The notes below the pieces were generated by a model. It was not told the origin of the DNA and ran no database searches. It saw nothing but the letters and a program-made list of their open reading frames with translations. DNA of 64,000 nucleotides from Bradymonadia bacterium (lineage in GTDB: Bacteria; Myxococcota_A; Bradymonadia; UBA7976; UBA1532). Where the stretch lies: NCBI GenBank assembly GCA_046290225.1, contig JBKAGE010000078.1, positions 1 to 64,000 of the forward strand, written 5' to 3'. Positions 28,399-38,339 of this stretch are shown piece by piece. Both the position numbers and the translations under genes were made by a program. Within the stretch, counting starts at the first letter, position 1, and each line of letters begins with the position of its first letter.

Positions 28399-30050
28399 GG
28401 GAACTCGACAACGTTCCGGGCGTGTCGCGCCCATTCAGGATCATGGGCGATGAGCACGATGATGCGGGTCTCACACAAAGACTCAAGTCGGTCCATCAGC
28501 CACCTTCGCCCCACCTGATCGAGGTGAGCGTCGGGCTCGTCGAGCACGATGATCCCCGGCGAGCCCAGCAGTGCCCTGGCGAGCGCCACCCTCTGGCGCT
28601 CGCCACCAGACAGACGCCGCCCACCCTCCTGCAGCTCGGTCTCCCAACCCTCTGGCAACCGGGCCAGCAGCGCGTCGAGATCTGCGAGCCTGGCGGCGGC
28701 GTGCAACTCCCCCTCTGTGACGGCGCGACCCAGGGTGATGTTGTCTCGCAGGGATCCCCCAGTGATGCCTGCTTCCTGAGCCAGCCAACCGATCTGCCGA
28801 CGCCAGGCAGGCGCATCGAAGACACTCAACGCCTCACCGTCTACCGTGATCTGACCCTCTACGATGGGGATCAGAGCGCCGAGAGCCCAGGCCATGGTGC
28901 TCTTGCCTGATCCGTTGGCGCCGCTCCAGGTGGTGATCTCCCCTCGCCGCAGATGGCAGCTCAGTGGCCCGATCGATGTTTCACCACGACGCACGCACAC
29001 GCCTTCGAAACGAATCTCTTCGATGTGTGTCTGGGGCTGCCGTGTGCCCCCCTCGGGCAACCGCTCCGGCATCTCGAGCAAAGCCTCGATCCGTTCGAGT
29101 GCAGCCTGGCCCGGTGCGATGACCGCTTGAGCGCGGGTCAGGCCCTTCACGGGCTGGTACAGCATGAGCAAGCAAGCGAAAAAGCTGAGCACCCCCTCAG
29201 GGCTCAGCGCACCTTGAGCGATCTGATCTGCGGCGTAGAAGATGGTGCCGGCGAGCGCTGCAGCACCAAAAACCTCCATCAACGGGCTGCTCACCCCCTT
29301 GAGCCGAGCGATCCGCACTACAGCTCGGGCGAGTGCGTCGCTGCGGGCGTTGGCTGCCTTGCTCGGATGATCTGGCTCGGCCATCAGCTGAAGAAGCGGC
29401 AAACGATCGAGCTGCCGGTGCAGAAGGGTCAGCCAGGCGCCCTGCTCGACCTGCGTATCGCCTCCGGCCTTTCGCAACCTGCGCCCCAACTCTGCCATGG
29501 GCCAGATGACGATCGGATACACCGCGAATGCCACAACGGCGAGACTCGGCTCGGAGGCCACACAGGCGACGACGAGGATGATCACCTGAGCCCCGTCTCC
29601 AACGAGGCGCCCATAGCCCTGAAAGATGAGGGCCTCGATAGCGACGACATCTGCGGAGGCCCGGCTCATCAAGTCACCCACCCCCCATCTGGACACGGCA
29701 TCAGGTGGCATTTCCATCAACCGCTGGTGGATGCGTTCCCGAAGGGCACAGATGATCCGCTGGCCGATTCGAGCCTGACCAACAGTGTAAAGGTAGGTGG
29801 AGGCGCCCTTGATGGTGGCCACACCCATGATGAGGATCGGGATGACCCGGGTCAGCCCTGGCCCGGACGGGAGCGGTGGGAGCAGATCTCCGAGCCAGCC
29901 AGGCCAGCCGACGTCAGCACCACCGAACAAGCTACGAAGCATGGGCCCTATGAGGATCCCATAGGCCCCTGTGGTCAGGGCAACACCGAGGAGGGCCATG
30001 GCCATCCACACCAGAGCCCTGCGGTGAGGGTGAAGCAGATCTCGAATCAC
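28395..30050 (-). CDS. MsbA-like ABC exporter (TMD+NBD), divergent
   Basis: TM helices, SSPLME, LYQPVK, GANGSGKST, LSGGERQR, VLDEP; next to DUF374. Confidence 0.8.
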   Translation of the reverse strand: MIRDLLHPHRRALVWMAMALLGVALTTGAYGILIGPMLRSLFGGADVGWPGWLGDLLPPLPSGPGLTRVIPILIMGVATIKGASTYLYTVGQARIGQRIICALRERIHQRLMEMPPDAVSRWGVGDLMSRASADVVAIEALIFQGYGRLVGDGAQVIILVVACVASEPSLAVVAFAVYPIVIWPMAELGRRLRKAGGDTQVEQGAWLTLLHRQLDRLPLLQLMAEPDHPSKAANARSDALARAVVRIARLKGVSSPLMEVFGAAALAGTIFYAADQIAQGALSPEGVLSFFACLLMLYQPVKGLTRAQAVIAPGQAALERIEALLEMPERLPEGGTRQPQTHIEEIRFEGVCVRRGETSIGPLSCHLRRGEITTWSGANGSGKSTMAWALGALIPIVEGQITVDGEALSVFDAPAWRRQIGWLAQEAGITGGSLRDNITLGRAVTEGELHAAARLADLDALLARLPEGWETELQEGGRRLSGGERQRVALARALLGSPGIIVLDEPDAHLDQVGRRWLMDRLESLCETRIIVLIAHDPEWARHARNVVEFP

Positions 30051-30067
30051 GGTGGAGGTCGAAGGCC

Positions 30068-30853
30068 TCAGAAGCTGCCGCTGATCCCAATGCCGAAGTG
30101 ACTGCCGGTGGCCTGAACCTCCACTCTGGGCTCGCCTTCGTCCGGCTCGTCGTCCAGGAGCAGCCATACGAGACCTGCGCCGAGGGCGGCGATGCCAACA
30201 CCCAAGGTCACATCGGCGAGCAAGGCACCAGATTCAGCAGAGTCCTTCAGACTCTCGGCCTCGGAGCGACTGGACTCACTTCGAGCGGCGTCTGCATCAC
30301 TGAGCGCCTGCAGTCCCAACACTGTGCCGACGCCAATGCCCACAGCGCCGACACCCACGAGTACCCATGGCCAGGTGTTGTTCTTCTCTTCGGGCGTGAT
30401 CCCGGGGGTGCCGAAGACGGTGGGCTGCTGGCCTTTCTTGCCCGTGTCGGCCTTGGGCACCAGGGGGGTGGGATCTCCTCCGAGCTGACGAATGCGCTGC
30501 ATGACCGCGGTCTCGTCCACCGGTTTGGTGGCGAGATAGGTTCGGTATGCCTTGATCGCTGCGGCCTTGTCCCCCCTGCCCTCAAAGCTCCGGCCCAGGT
30601 TGAACAACATGTCTCGTTGTTTGCTGAGCTGGTAGGCCTCCTGGAAACCCTGCACGGCCTCGTCGAACTTGCCCGCACGATATGCGGCAAGCCCCTTGAA
30701 GAATGCGGCTTCGGCTTGATCGAGCTCCGCGGCGGTGAGCGTGCTGCTCTCTCGCGCGTCGCCCACCGGGGCCTCCTGGGCCCACGCCCCTGCGGGGCAA
30801 CCGAGGGCAAGTGCCAGGGTCCAGCTGATCAACGGGTTGGGTATGTGTCTCAT
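30068..30853 (-). CDS. Secreted TPR protein with C-terminal Gly-rich hydrophobic helices and terminal Phe
   Basis: Signal peptide AWA; MLFNLGRSFE TPR; ends GIGISGSF. Confidence 0.72.
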   Translation of the reverse strand: MRHIPNPLISWTLALALGCPAGAWAQEAPVGDARESSTLTAAELDQAEAAFFKGLAAYRAGKFDEAVQGFQEAYQLSKQRDMLFNLGRSFEGRGDKAAAIKAYRTYLATKPVDETAVMQRIRQLGGDPTPLVPKADTGKKGQQPTVFGTPGITPEEKNNTWPWVLVGVGAVGIGVGTVLGLQALSDADAARSESSRSEAESLKDSAESGALLADVTLGVGIAALGAGLVWLLLDDEPDEGEPRVEVQATGSHFGIGISGSF

Positions 30854-30876
30854 GTTGCTGGCCTTCTGGGCTTGCA

Positions 30877-33800
30877 TCAAGGGCACTCCAGGGTGGCATC
30901 ACAGCGACCCTGAGCATTGCGTATACAGCATCCGACCTGACCGAGGAAGCCCGGGTTGCCATCTTCAGCAGGGGCGCCACAGCCATCCTCTTCGGGCCTG
31001 CGACCCCCGAGCCCGCCCGGTGCTGGGGTCTCGGGGTGGCTCAACAACGTCTCCAACTCGCCCTCGTCGCGAACGACGTAGGTGGAATCGGCGATGGTGT
31101 CCGGCTCTCCGGGCACGGGGGCAACTCTGAAGACGGTGAAGCTCGGCCCACCGGCGCCACCGCCAGCGTGGCCTCCGCAGCCTCCACGGCCGCCGGTGCC
31201 GCCCTGGGTACCGTCGGTGCAGCCGACGAGGCAACCACGGCCTCCGATCCCTCCCGGTGCGCCAGGGGCGCCCAGGGCACCGGCCCCACCATCACCACCC
31301 TGGCCACCGGATCCAGCGGTCAGGACGGCGCCATTGAGCACCACCCGACCACCGACGATCATGAGGGCAAAGGAGCCGCCACCGCCACGGGCACCACGGC
31401 CGCCTAACCCAGGACATCCGCCGGCACCACCACCGCCACCGCCACCGCCGATGCCGCCCTCAGCGGTGCCACGGCCACCAGCGCCGCCACCGCCACCGCC
31501 ACCGGGCACTCCGGGGTTTCCGTCATCGGAAGGCCGTGAGAGCCAGACGAGCCGGGCGCCGCCTTCGCGGTTGTCGAGGAAGATCAGCCCGGTACCCTGA
31601 CTGGAGAGACTGTTGGTGCCGTTGGCACCGTCACCACCCTCCTCGCCCAGCTCACCGGGCTCAGCTCCACCGGGGCCCGACAAGGGGCCGCCGCGGCCAT
31701 TCTCACCGGGCTGAGGCTCTACAGAGAGATCATTGCGGGCGTTTTCACCATCACCGCCGGCACCCCCTCGATAGAAGAAGTTGATGCAGCTGGCGTTGTC
31801 CGCCTGACCACCGCCATCTTGACCGCAACCAGAGCACTCACCGAAGTCGGCATCTGATCCAGGGGTCCCCGCACGGGCGGTGTTGGTGCCAGCACCCGCG
31901 AGATCACCATCTCGACCATTGGCGCCGCGGGCGGCGATGACCTCCACGTTGTGCAGCTCGAGGAAGTCGATGCCGACGTTCACCGCGTGCACGGGGATGG
32001 AGGGCCGGGCGTCGAAGGCAGGTAGATTCTCCGAGGCCACCACCAGATTGCTCAACACGGTGGCGGTCTGAATGTCCTCGTATCGCAAGACCACCTGAGC
32101 ACCGGAGATCCGCGTGACGGCAGCGGGGTTCTCGCGGCGATCGCTCCTGAACCACCGTGCCTGAGGGCCGAGCTGCCTGTTGTAGGCATAGCCACCGTAC
32201 AGATTCACCCCGGAGGGTACGACCTGGGAGATGCCACCGACATTGTGGGTGCCCACGTCGAGCAGAATGTTCCGCCGCCCTGTTTGCACCGAGAGCGCCA
32301 CGGCGCGGGCCAGAGTGAGCACGGGGGCGTCGATGGTGCCGTCGTTCTCGTCGGATCCGTCGAGGCTCGACACGAACACCGAGTCCTCTGCGTCTCCGTC
32401 GACCCCATCACAGTTGCTGTCCACAAAGTCGAGATCGGGGGCGTCGGGGGCGTTCTGGTTGCACTCACACCCATCGGCGCTCAGGCCATTGAGATCGACG
32501 AAGCCCGGCAAGCAGCCTCCGATGACGCAACGGCCGACCTCACAGGCCTCGTCGGCGTTGTCCAGCGCACAGGCGAAGTTGCACTCACCGCAGTGGGACA
32601 CGTCAGTCAGCAGGTCGAAGTCTTCATCGACCGCGCCATCACAGTCGTCGTCCTGGGTGTCACAGAGGGCTTCGTTGGGGCCTTCTGGCTGTATCTGCTC
32701 AGCGCTGCAGAGGTAGGGTGTGAGCATTCCAGTGTCGGGATCGAGTGTGGGACCTTCAGGATTGCACTCCAGGGTGCCCTGGCTTTCACACACACCGAGG
32801 CCAGAGCTGCAAGCCTGCCCGAGTTCAGCGTAGTCTTCGTCTACACTGTCGTCGCAATCATTGTCGTTGCCGTCACACAGCTCGACATCGGGCTCACCGG
32901 GCGCTACTGAGCACTCCACGAGTGTGCGATCGAGGGCGCCACACACCACCTGGCCCGTCCGAGCGCAGGCGCCGACGCCGACTGTGCATGGCTGACCCAG
33001 CCGATCGACGAAGTCTTCGTCCACTGCACCATCGCAGTCGTTGTCGAGCCCGTCTCCACACAGCTCTTCGAAGCCGTCGCCGTTCATGGCGGAGCACCTG
33101 ACCCCACCCTCGAAGCACTCGTAGGCGCCGACACGACGGCACGCCCCGACGCCCGCTTCACACGGGCCACCGAGAGGCTGCTCAGGATCATCGAGGAAAT
33201 CTTCGTCGACTGCGCCATCGCAGTCGTTGTCTTCACCATCACAGAGATCGTCTGTGGGGGTCACTTCACCCTCACATGGGCCCCAACGACGCACCCCTTC
33301 GTCCATGACACATGTGCGCATCCCAAAGGCGCACCCGCCCACGTCGGAGCCACCACAGGGCTCGACGGCGTCGAGCTCACAGCAGTCGGGGATCTCCTCG
33401 TCGACGTTGCCATCACAGTCATCATCCAGGCCGTTGCACAGCGCAGCATCAGCCTCGACTTCGACTGGGGGTGCTGCAGGCTCGACGCCACAGATCACCT
33501 CACCATCGACACAAGCCTGCTCCCCTTCTGTGGCGCACACCCCAGTACCGGCAGCGCATCGAGTGCCCGCCTCTGGGAAAGCTTCATCGATTCGACCGTC
33601 GCAGTCGTTGTCTTCCGCATCACAGATCTCAGCAGAGGCGAGGGCCTCACCGGCCACCTGACACACCTGCTCTTCGTCGGCAAAAGAGATGGTGGTCTCC
33701 CCATCGACGATGGTGATCCCACTCTCGGTGAGCTTGAGCAGGCAGCCGTTGTCGGCGGTACATGGACTGCCGAAGGCGAAGGCGCTGCCGTCAGCACACA

Positions 33801-34167
33801 GGCCCGAGTCGAAACCCGCGCTGAAGAAGTACAACTCCACGTCAATGGCGGTGCCAGGGCTCAACGGCAAGGTGGGTGCCTGGCCCGGGGCTGCCCCAAG
33901 TCGGCCTTCGGACCAGTTGAGCGGTAGATAGGACACGGTGTTGCCCGCAGAGCGAGTGAGCATGCAGGTGTTCACGTCCTGATCGGCCACCCGCGACTCG
34001 AGCTGACCGCGACAGGCCACCCCCGACGCCCCGTCGCCTTCAGGTGCCCCGAGACACGGCGTCAGATCGATTTGCACCGACGCAAAGGCGATCTCTTCTC
34101 GGGATTCGCTGCACCCCAATGCCACGCTGGACACAGCGAGGAGGGTCAGGGCCTGAAGATGCCTCAT
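30877..34167 (-). CDS. Large acidic Cys-rich lipoprotein with MopE-like (CDGxDNDCDG) repeats and Gly-rich C-terminal region
   Basis: Lipobox ALGC; about 6-7 DNDCDGxxDE repeats; GGGGGGGAGGC tracts. Confidence 0.82.
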   Translation of the reverse strand: MRHLQALTLLAVSSVALGCSESREEIAFASVQIDLTPCLGAPEGDGASGVACRGQLESRVADQDVNTCMLTRSAGNTVSYLPLNWSEGRLGAAPGQAPTLPLSPGTAIDVELYFFSAGFDSGLCADGSAFAFGSPCTADNGCLLKLTESGITIVDGETTISFADEEQVCQVAGEALASAEICDAEDNDCDGRIDEAFPEAGTRCAAGTGVCATEGEQACVDGEVICGVEPAAPPVEVEADAALCNGLDDDCDGNVDEEIPDCCELDAVEPCGGSDVGGCAFGMRTCVMDEGVRRWGPCEGEVTPTDDLCDGEDNDCDGAVDEDFLDDPEQPLGGPCEAGVGACRRVGAYECFEGGVRCSAMNGDGFEELCGDGLDNDCDGAVDEDFVDRLGQPCTVGVGACARTGQVVCGALDRTLVECSVAPGEPDVELCDGNDNDCDDSVDEDYAELGQACSSGLGVCESQGTLECNPEGPTLDPDTGMLTPYLCSAEQIQPEGPNEALCDTQDDDCDGAVDEDFDLLTDVSHCGECNFACALDNADEACEVGRCVIGGCLPGFVDLNGLSADGCECNQNAPDAPDLDFVDSNCDGVDGDAEDSVFVSSLDGSDENDGTIDAPVLTLARAVALSVQTGRRNILLDVGTHNVGGISQVVPSGVNLYGGYAYNRQLGPQARWFRSDRRENPAAVTRISGAQVVLRYEDIQTATVLSNLVVASENLPAFDARPSIPVHAVNVGIDFLELHNVEVIAARGANGRDGDLAGAGTNTARAGTPGSDADFGECSGCGQDGGGQADNASCINFFYRGGAGGDGENARNDLSVEPQPGENGRGGPLSGPGGAEPGELGEEGGDGANGTNSLSSQGTGLIFLDNREGGARLVWLSRPSDDGNPGVPGGGGGGGAGGRGTAEGGIGGGGGGGGAGGCPGLGGRGARGGGGSFALMIVGGRVVLNGAVLTAGSGGQGGDGGAGALGAPGAPGGIGGRGCLVGCTDGTQGGTGGRGGCGGHAGGGAGGPSFTVFRVAPVPGEPDTIADSTYVVRDEGELETLLSHPETPAPGGLGGRRPEEDGCGAPAEDGNPGFLGQVGCCIRNAQGRCDATLECP

Positions 34168-34173
34168 GGGCCG

Positions 34174-35358
34174 TTACTCCACCTTGAACAGGGTCGGGGC
34201 CCATCGATCGGGAATGGGGATGGCGTCAGCCACCTCAAGGGCCTTGCCATAGTGCGTGTTCCAGTAGCGGGACAGAACCTTGTAGTGGCTGTCACGCACC
34301 TTAGGGATTCTCCAGGATTCCTGCTCCAAACCACCGTCTTTGAAGGTAAAGAGCGTGAGTCGCTGATCCTCTCCATCAGGCTCGAGGTACGCGGCGACGA
34401 GGGTGCCCACCTGGAAGCGATCCGCCATCTGGAAGGCCAACTCGATGCGGTACTCCTCGGAGAAGGCATCGGCCCCTCTGAAGATCATCTTGTAGAGGGT
34501 GTCGTAGGCCTCGGCGCGATTGCGGGCTTCCTTGAGCTTGGCCTTCACCGAGACCGACTTGCCGGACTCGAGGTTCACCAGGGTGCCCCAGCGGGCATAG
34601 CCTGCCTTGCGCACCTCCACGAGGTGGGGCCCTGCAGGAATGAAGGGGTTGGCGTAGGGCAGACTCTGCCCGATCACCCCGACGGGGCGCTCGTCGACGT
34701 AGACGTGGGCACCGTCGATGTTGGCGGTGATCTTCAACTCAGCAGTGCCCGCAGAGGTGGTGGTACCACACTTGTCCGCGAGGGGCTCGAACTGCTCGAG
34801 AGGGCCAGCGCTGCCGGCGAGGTTGCGCGTGAGGGCGACATAGCTGCAGTAAGCGTTGAGCGCGCCTGCCTCGTCCTTTGCCCCTTGCAGCCCGAGGTAC
34901 TGATAGAAGTAGATCCCTCTAAGCAGCTGAGAATCTGAAGAATATGGCAATGCGCGATTGTAGAAGATGTTGGCGCGCTTGAGCTGCTCCTGAGCCTCGT
35001 CGGGCTCGCCCTTCTCGAGGTGGCGCTGGGCATTGTTGAAGTGCCGCCGGGCCTTCTCGAGGTTGCCCTTGCTCAACATGCCCACGTCGTACCGGCGCTC
35101 GATCGAGCGCACTCGGGGCACCTTCTTGCCTTCTTCGTGGATGCCCTCGCTGTGGGCATACTCGAACATGTTGCGCAGATCACGCTCGATCCGCACCGCC
35201 GTGTTGGCGTCTGCCCCATCACGGGCGAAGACCATCACCGCCGCCCAGTCTGCAGAGTCGGCCTGAGCCACAGTGGGGGCCGCGATGGGGGCCACCGCAC
35301 CCAACCCCAGCGTCAGCCACAGCGCGAGGCCTCTGGTCATCGCCCGCTTCACGTTCAC
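34174..35358 (-). CDS. Secreted TPR-like + PEGA domain protein
   Basis: Signal peptide AQA; LKITANIDGAHVYVD...GPHLVEVRKAGY PEGA. Confidence 0.8.
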   Translation of the reverse strand: MNVKRAMTRGLALWLTLGLGAVAPIAAPTVAQADSADWAAVMVFARDGADANTAVRIERDLRNMFEYAHSEGIHEEGKKVPRVRSIERRYDVGMLSKGNLEKARRHFNNAQRHLEKGEPDEAQEQLKRANIFYNRALPYSSDSQLLRGIYFYQYLGLQGAKDEAGALNAYCSYVALTRNLAGSAGPLEQFEPLADKCGTTTSAGTAELKITANIDGAHVYVDERPVGVIGQSLPYANPFIPAGPHLVEVRKAGYARWGTLVNLESGKSVSVKAKLKEARNRAEAYDTLYKMIFRGADAFSEEYRIELAFQMADRFQVGTLVAAYLEPDGEDQRLTLFTFKDGGLEQESWRIPKVRDSHYKVLSRYWNTHYGKALEVADAIPIPDRWAPTLFKVE

Positions 35359-36536
35359 TCTCCTACGAGATCCGCCATGGAGAAGGTCACCATGTACAGT
35401 CGCTGCCAGGTCTTGTTCGGAGAGCCCTTCTCACCGAGGGCCTTGAAGGCGAGGCGCATACGTGCCCCCCCCTCTACGGGGAACACGGCGAGATCGCTGT
35501 TGATCTGCGTGTTGGTCTTGATGACCCCTCTCGCCGAGCCGTCGACACGGGTCCACATGATGGGGTTGTCCACCTTGAAGTCGCGCTTCACGTAGAACAC
35601 AGAGGAGCTGTCGTTGCTCCAGGCAGGGCCCCGGTGATCGTCGACGACGACGTCCTTGGCGAGCTGCTTGGCACCACCGCCGTTGCGATCCACCACCCAG
35701 AGGTCGAAGATCTTGTCGTCTTTTTGCTTACGGCCCTTGTTGGCGTAGAACGCGATGAGCTGGCCATCAGGCGACCAGCTGGGGCGCATCTCGTCGCCTT
35801 CCCAGTTGGTGAGCATCCGAGCGGTCTCCCGAGGCTTCACCACATCGTCGATGACTCCGATGTCCTGGCCCTGACGACCACTTTGAGAGCGCACGAAGGC
35901 CAATGTGTGGCCCGTGGGGGCCCAACGGGGCATGTACTCGGTGCTGTCATTCCAGAAAGTCAGCTGCCGAGGGCTGGCGTCACCAGACAAGTCGAGCACC
36001 TTCACCACACCAGAGTCACGCTCCTGAGAGGTGAAGGCGATGAAGCGGCCATCGAGGGACCATGCAGGCTGGCCGTCGTTGCCGTTGTGCTCAGTGAGCC
36101 ATGTACCGTCGGCGTAGAGATCATAGTTCTTCTTGGGGCCGCGGCTGCTGAACACGAAGGGATCGCTGAGCAGCTTCTTGTCGGGGGCCCACTCGAAGTC
36201 CACCACCGGGGGCCCCTTGGCCCCCCAGCTGCTTTTCCCGGCGATCTTCACCTCGCGGCGCTGGTTCTTGGGCCGGCCGTCGGGTGTGAGGGTGGTGATG
36301 AAGGTCTGCCGGGAGTCCCCCTTGGGGTTGTAGACGTCGTAGGCGACCTCGGACCCGTCAGGGGCCCAGCGAGGCGCCTGACAGTGCGCACTGGGCTGCT
36401 GGGCCAGCAGGACGGGGCGACTCACCTCCGCCGAGGCCATGAGAGGCAGCGTCAGACCCACCAGTGGCAGGGCCACACGGGCGCAGGAAAGCGAGAGCGA
36501 GGTGTGTTTCTTCATGACGTGAGCCTCATCCTTCAA
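35355..36536 (-). CDS. TolB-like PD40 beta-propeller protein
   Basis: Signal peptide; repeated PRWAPDG, PAWSLDG, PSWSPDG, PAWSNDS. Confidence 0.85.
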   Translation of the reverse strand: MKDEAHVMKKHTSLSLSCARVALPLVGLTLPLMASAEVSRPVLLAQQPSAHCQAPRWAPDGSEVAYDVYNPKGDSRQTFITTLTPDGRPKNQRREVKIAGKSSWGAKGPPVVDFEWAPDKKLLSDPFVFSSRGPKKNYDLYADGTWLTEHNGNDGQPAWSLDGRFIAFTSQERDSGVVKVLDLSGDASPRQLTFWNDSTEYMPRWAPTGHTLAFVRSQSGRQGQDIGVIDDVVKPRETARMLTNWEGDEMRPSWSPDGQLIAFYANKGRKQKDDKIFDLWVVDRNGGGAKQLAKDVVVDDHRGPAWSNDSSSVFYVKRDFKVDNPIMWTRVDGSARGVIKTNTQINSDLAVFPVEGGARMRLAFKALGEKGSPNKTWQRLYMVTFSMADLVGE

Positions 36537-37327
36537 CGTTCGAGTTCAAACCGGGTGTCGGTACGGGTGGTGACGTCATCTTCTTGCAACAACAAGAAAG
36601 CCCCGACGCCGGCGAGCACCGCGGCGCCCGCCCCGGCATACCACCAGGGGCTGATCCCGTCATCGTCCGCCGCCTGAGAGACGGCGCCGAGCCGGATCGC
36701 CACCTTCGGGTGTTCGCCCTTCTTCACCGTGAAGGGCACGCCGTGGGCGCTGTACTGCCCAAAGGGCAGGTAAATGGTCGTGGGCAGCTCGATCTCGGTG
36801 GATCGAAGCCGCTCTCTGATGGACAAAAACATGGCCTGTTTCTGCTTGATGATGATTCGGGCCTCCGAGGCGAGGTGCAGGGTTCCGCGGCTGGTCCCGC
36901 CCATGCGCCTGAAGGTCACTGGGCCGTACGACTCCGTCAGGTGCCCCAAGAATTCACTTGCCGCCTGACGACGCTGCGGGTTCTTGAGCCCGAGGGCCTG
37001 AGCGCGCTCCGCCATGGCGAAGGCTTCTTCGAGCATCAGCAGCTTCTCGGCGGTCTGACCGCGGTAGAGCACCACCACGAAATCGTCGCGGCCGCCGGGG
37101 CGTCGGATGGCGATGTCGAAGGTGCGCTTGGCCTGCTTGTAGAGCCGCCGTTTGAAGTACAGCACACCCTGGTCGCGCAGCTGCTCCACGCTCTGACCAC
37201 CTGTGCCCTCGGACTGTCCGTAGGCGGTGGCGGCACCGAGCACCAGGCCCAACGCCATCAGGCCGCCGAGGGTGGCTCGGGTGAACCTGCGCGGTCCCCT
37301 GGGGTGTCGAACGACGTGCTCAACCAT
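36533..37327 (-). CDS. Hypothetical secreted TPR-like protein with C-terminal hydrophobic segment
   Basis: Signal-like segment, GVLYFKRRLYKQA helix pair, WWYAGAGAAVLAGVGAFLLL; coupled at both ends. Confidence 0.62.
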   Translation of the reverse strand: MVEHVVRHPRGPRRFTRATLGGLMALGLVLGAATAYGQSEGTGGQSVEQLRDQGVLYFKRRLYKQAKRTFDIAIRRPGGRDDFVVVLYRGQTAEKLLMLEEAFAMAERAQALGLKNPQRRQAASEFLGHLTESYGPVTFRRMGGTSRGTLHLASEARIIIKQKQAMFLSIRERLRSTEIELPTTIYLPFGQYSAHGVPFTVKKGEHPKVAIRLGAVSQAADDDGISPWWYAGAGAAVLAGVGAFLLLQEDDVTTRTDTRFELER

Positions 37328-38339
37328 CAGAAGAGACTCCAGCGTGGCCAAAGCACGCCACCTGATGTGCCGGGCCCACCTGCACCATGGGCGGTCGGCT
37401 GCCCTGACATTTTTCCACAATGCCCAGCTGCGCTGCCAGAGGGCAATCGGAGGCATAGACGCACCCCTTCACCTCGACCCCGGACTTCGCCCGCGCTTCG
37501 AGGTCGAAGCCGGTGGAGACCACCCTTCGGGCGCGCCCACCTTCGTCGAGCAGATCAGAGGCCTGAATGAGTCGATGGGTATACGGGTGATGGAACTCCG
37601 CCTTCCCCAACAGCGCCCCGGGGACATCTTCGATGATGCGCCCTTGCAACATCACCATCACCCGCTCGCTGATCCGACGCACGAGGCCCAAATCGTGGCT
37701 GATGAGCAGATAGGTGGTCTCGGGGGCCTTGAGGGCCTCGAGCAGATGGATCATCTGCTGCTTGATCGCCGCGTCGAGGCCGCTCGTGGGCTCGTCGGCG
37801 ACGATGAGCCGGGGGCGGGTGGCCAGGATACGCGCGAGACCCACCCGGCGACGCTCACCGCCGCTGAGGCTCGCCGGGCGCTGATCACCGCGATCGATCA
37901 GGCCCACCTGTTCGAGCAGCTCTCTCGATTGCGCCTTTCGGCCTTCGGCATCGAGCTCGGGGCGATGCAGCCGTAGTGACTCGTCGAGCATCTGCCACAC
38001 GGTCATCTTCGGGTGCAGATTCGCCGCCTGGTTCTGAAACACCATCTGGAACTCGCGGCGCAGCCCCCGGAGCTCGGTGCGGCCAGCGGCGAGCAGATCG
38101 GCGCCGTTGAACTCGAGGCTGCCCTCGTCGAGGGGGGTCAGCCGCAAGAGCACCTTGCCCAATGTGGTCTTGCCACTCCCCGACTCTCCGATGAGGGCCG
38201 CGATCTCCCCCTGCTTGAGGGCGATGTCCACCCGATCGAGGGCGCGGGTCTCCGTACGTGCACGGAGCAATCCCCCACCCCGAAAGACCTTCACCAGGCC
38301 CTGGGCCTGAATCACGTGCTCAGTGGCACCGGCCATCAC
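37320..38339 (-). CDS. Peptide/nickel ABC transporter ATPase (OppF/DppF-like)
   Basis: GESGSGKT, LSGGERRR, VADEPT, HPYT, C-terminal GC..C..C..C extension. Confidence 0.92.
   Translation of the reverse strand: MMAGATEHVIQAQGLVKVFRGGGLLRARTETRALDRVDIALKQGEIAALIGESGSGKTTLGKVLLRLTPLDEGSLEFNGADLLAAGRTELRGLRREFQMVFQNQAANLHPKMTVWQMLDESLRLHRPELDAEGRKAQSRELLEQVGLIDRGDQRPASLSGGERRRVGLARILATRPRLIVADEPTSGLDAAIKQQMIHLLEALKAPETTYLLISHDLGLVRRISERVMVMLQGRIIEDVPGALLGKAEFHHPYTHRLIQASDLLDEGGRARRVVSTGFDLEARAKSGVEVKGCVYASDCPLAAQLGIVEKCQGSRPPMVQVGPAHQVACFGHAGVSSDG

Noticed and set aside
35355..36536. Bona fide tolB of a Tol-Pal system
   Set aside because: Only the propeller is evident, with no TolB N-terminal domain and no tolQRA/pal nearby.
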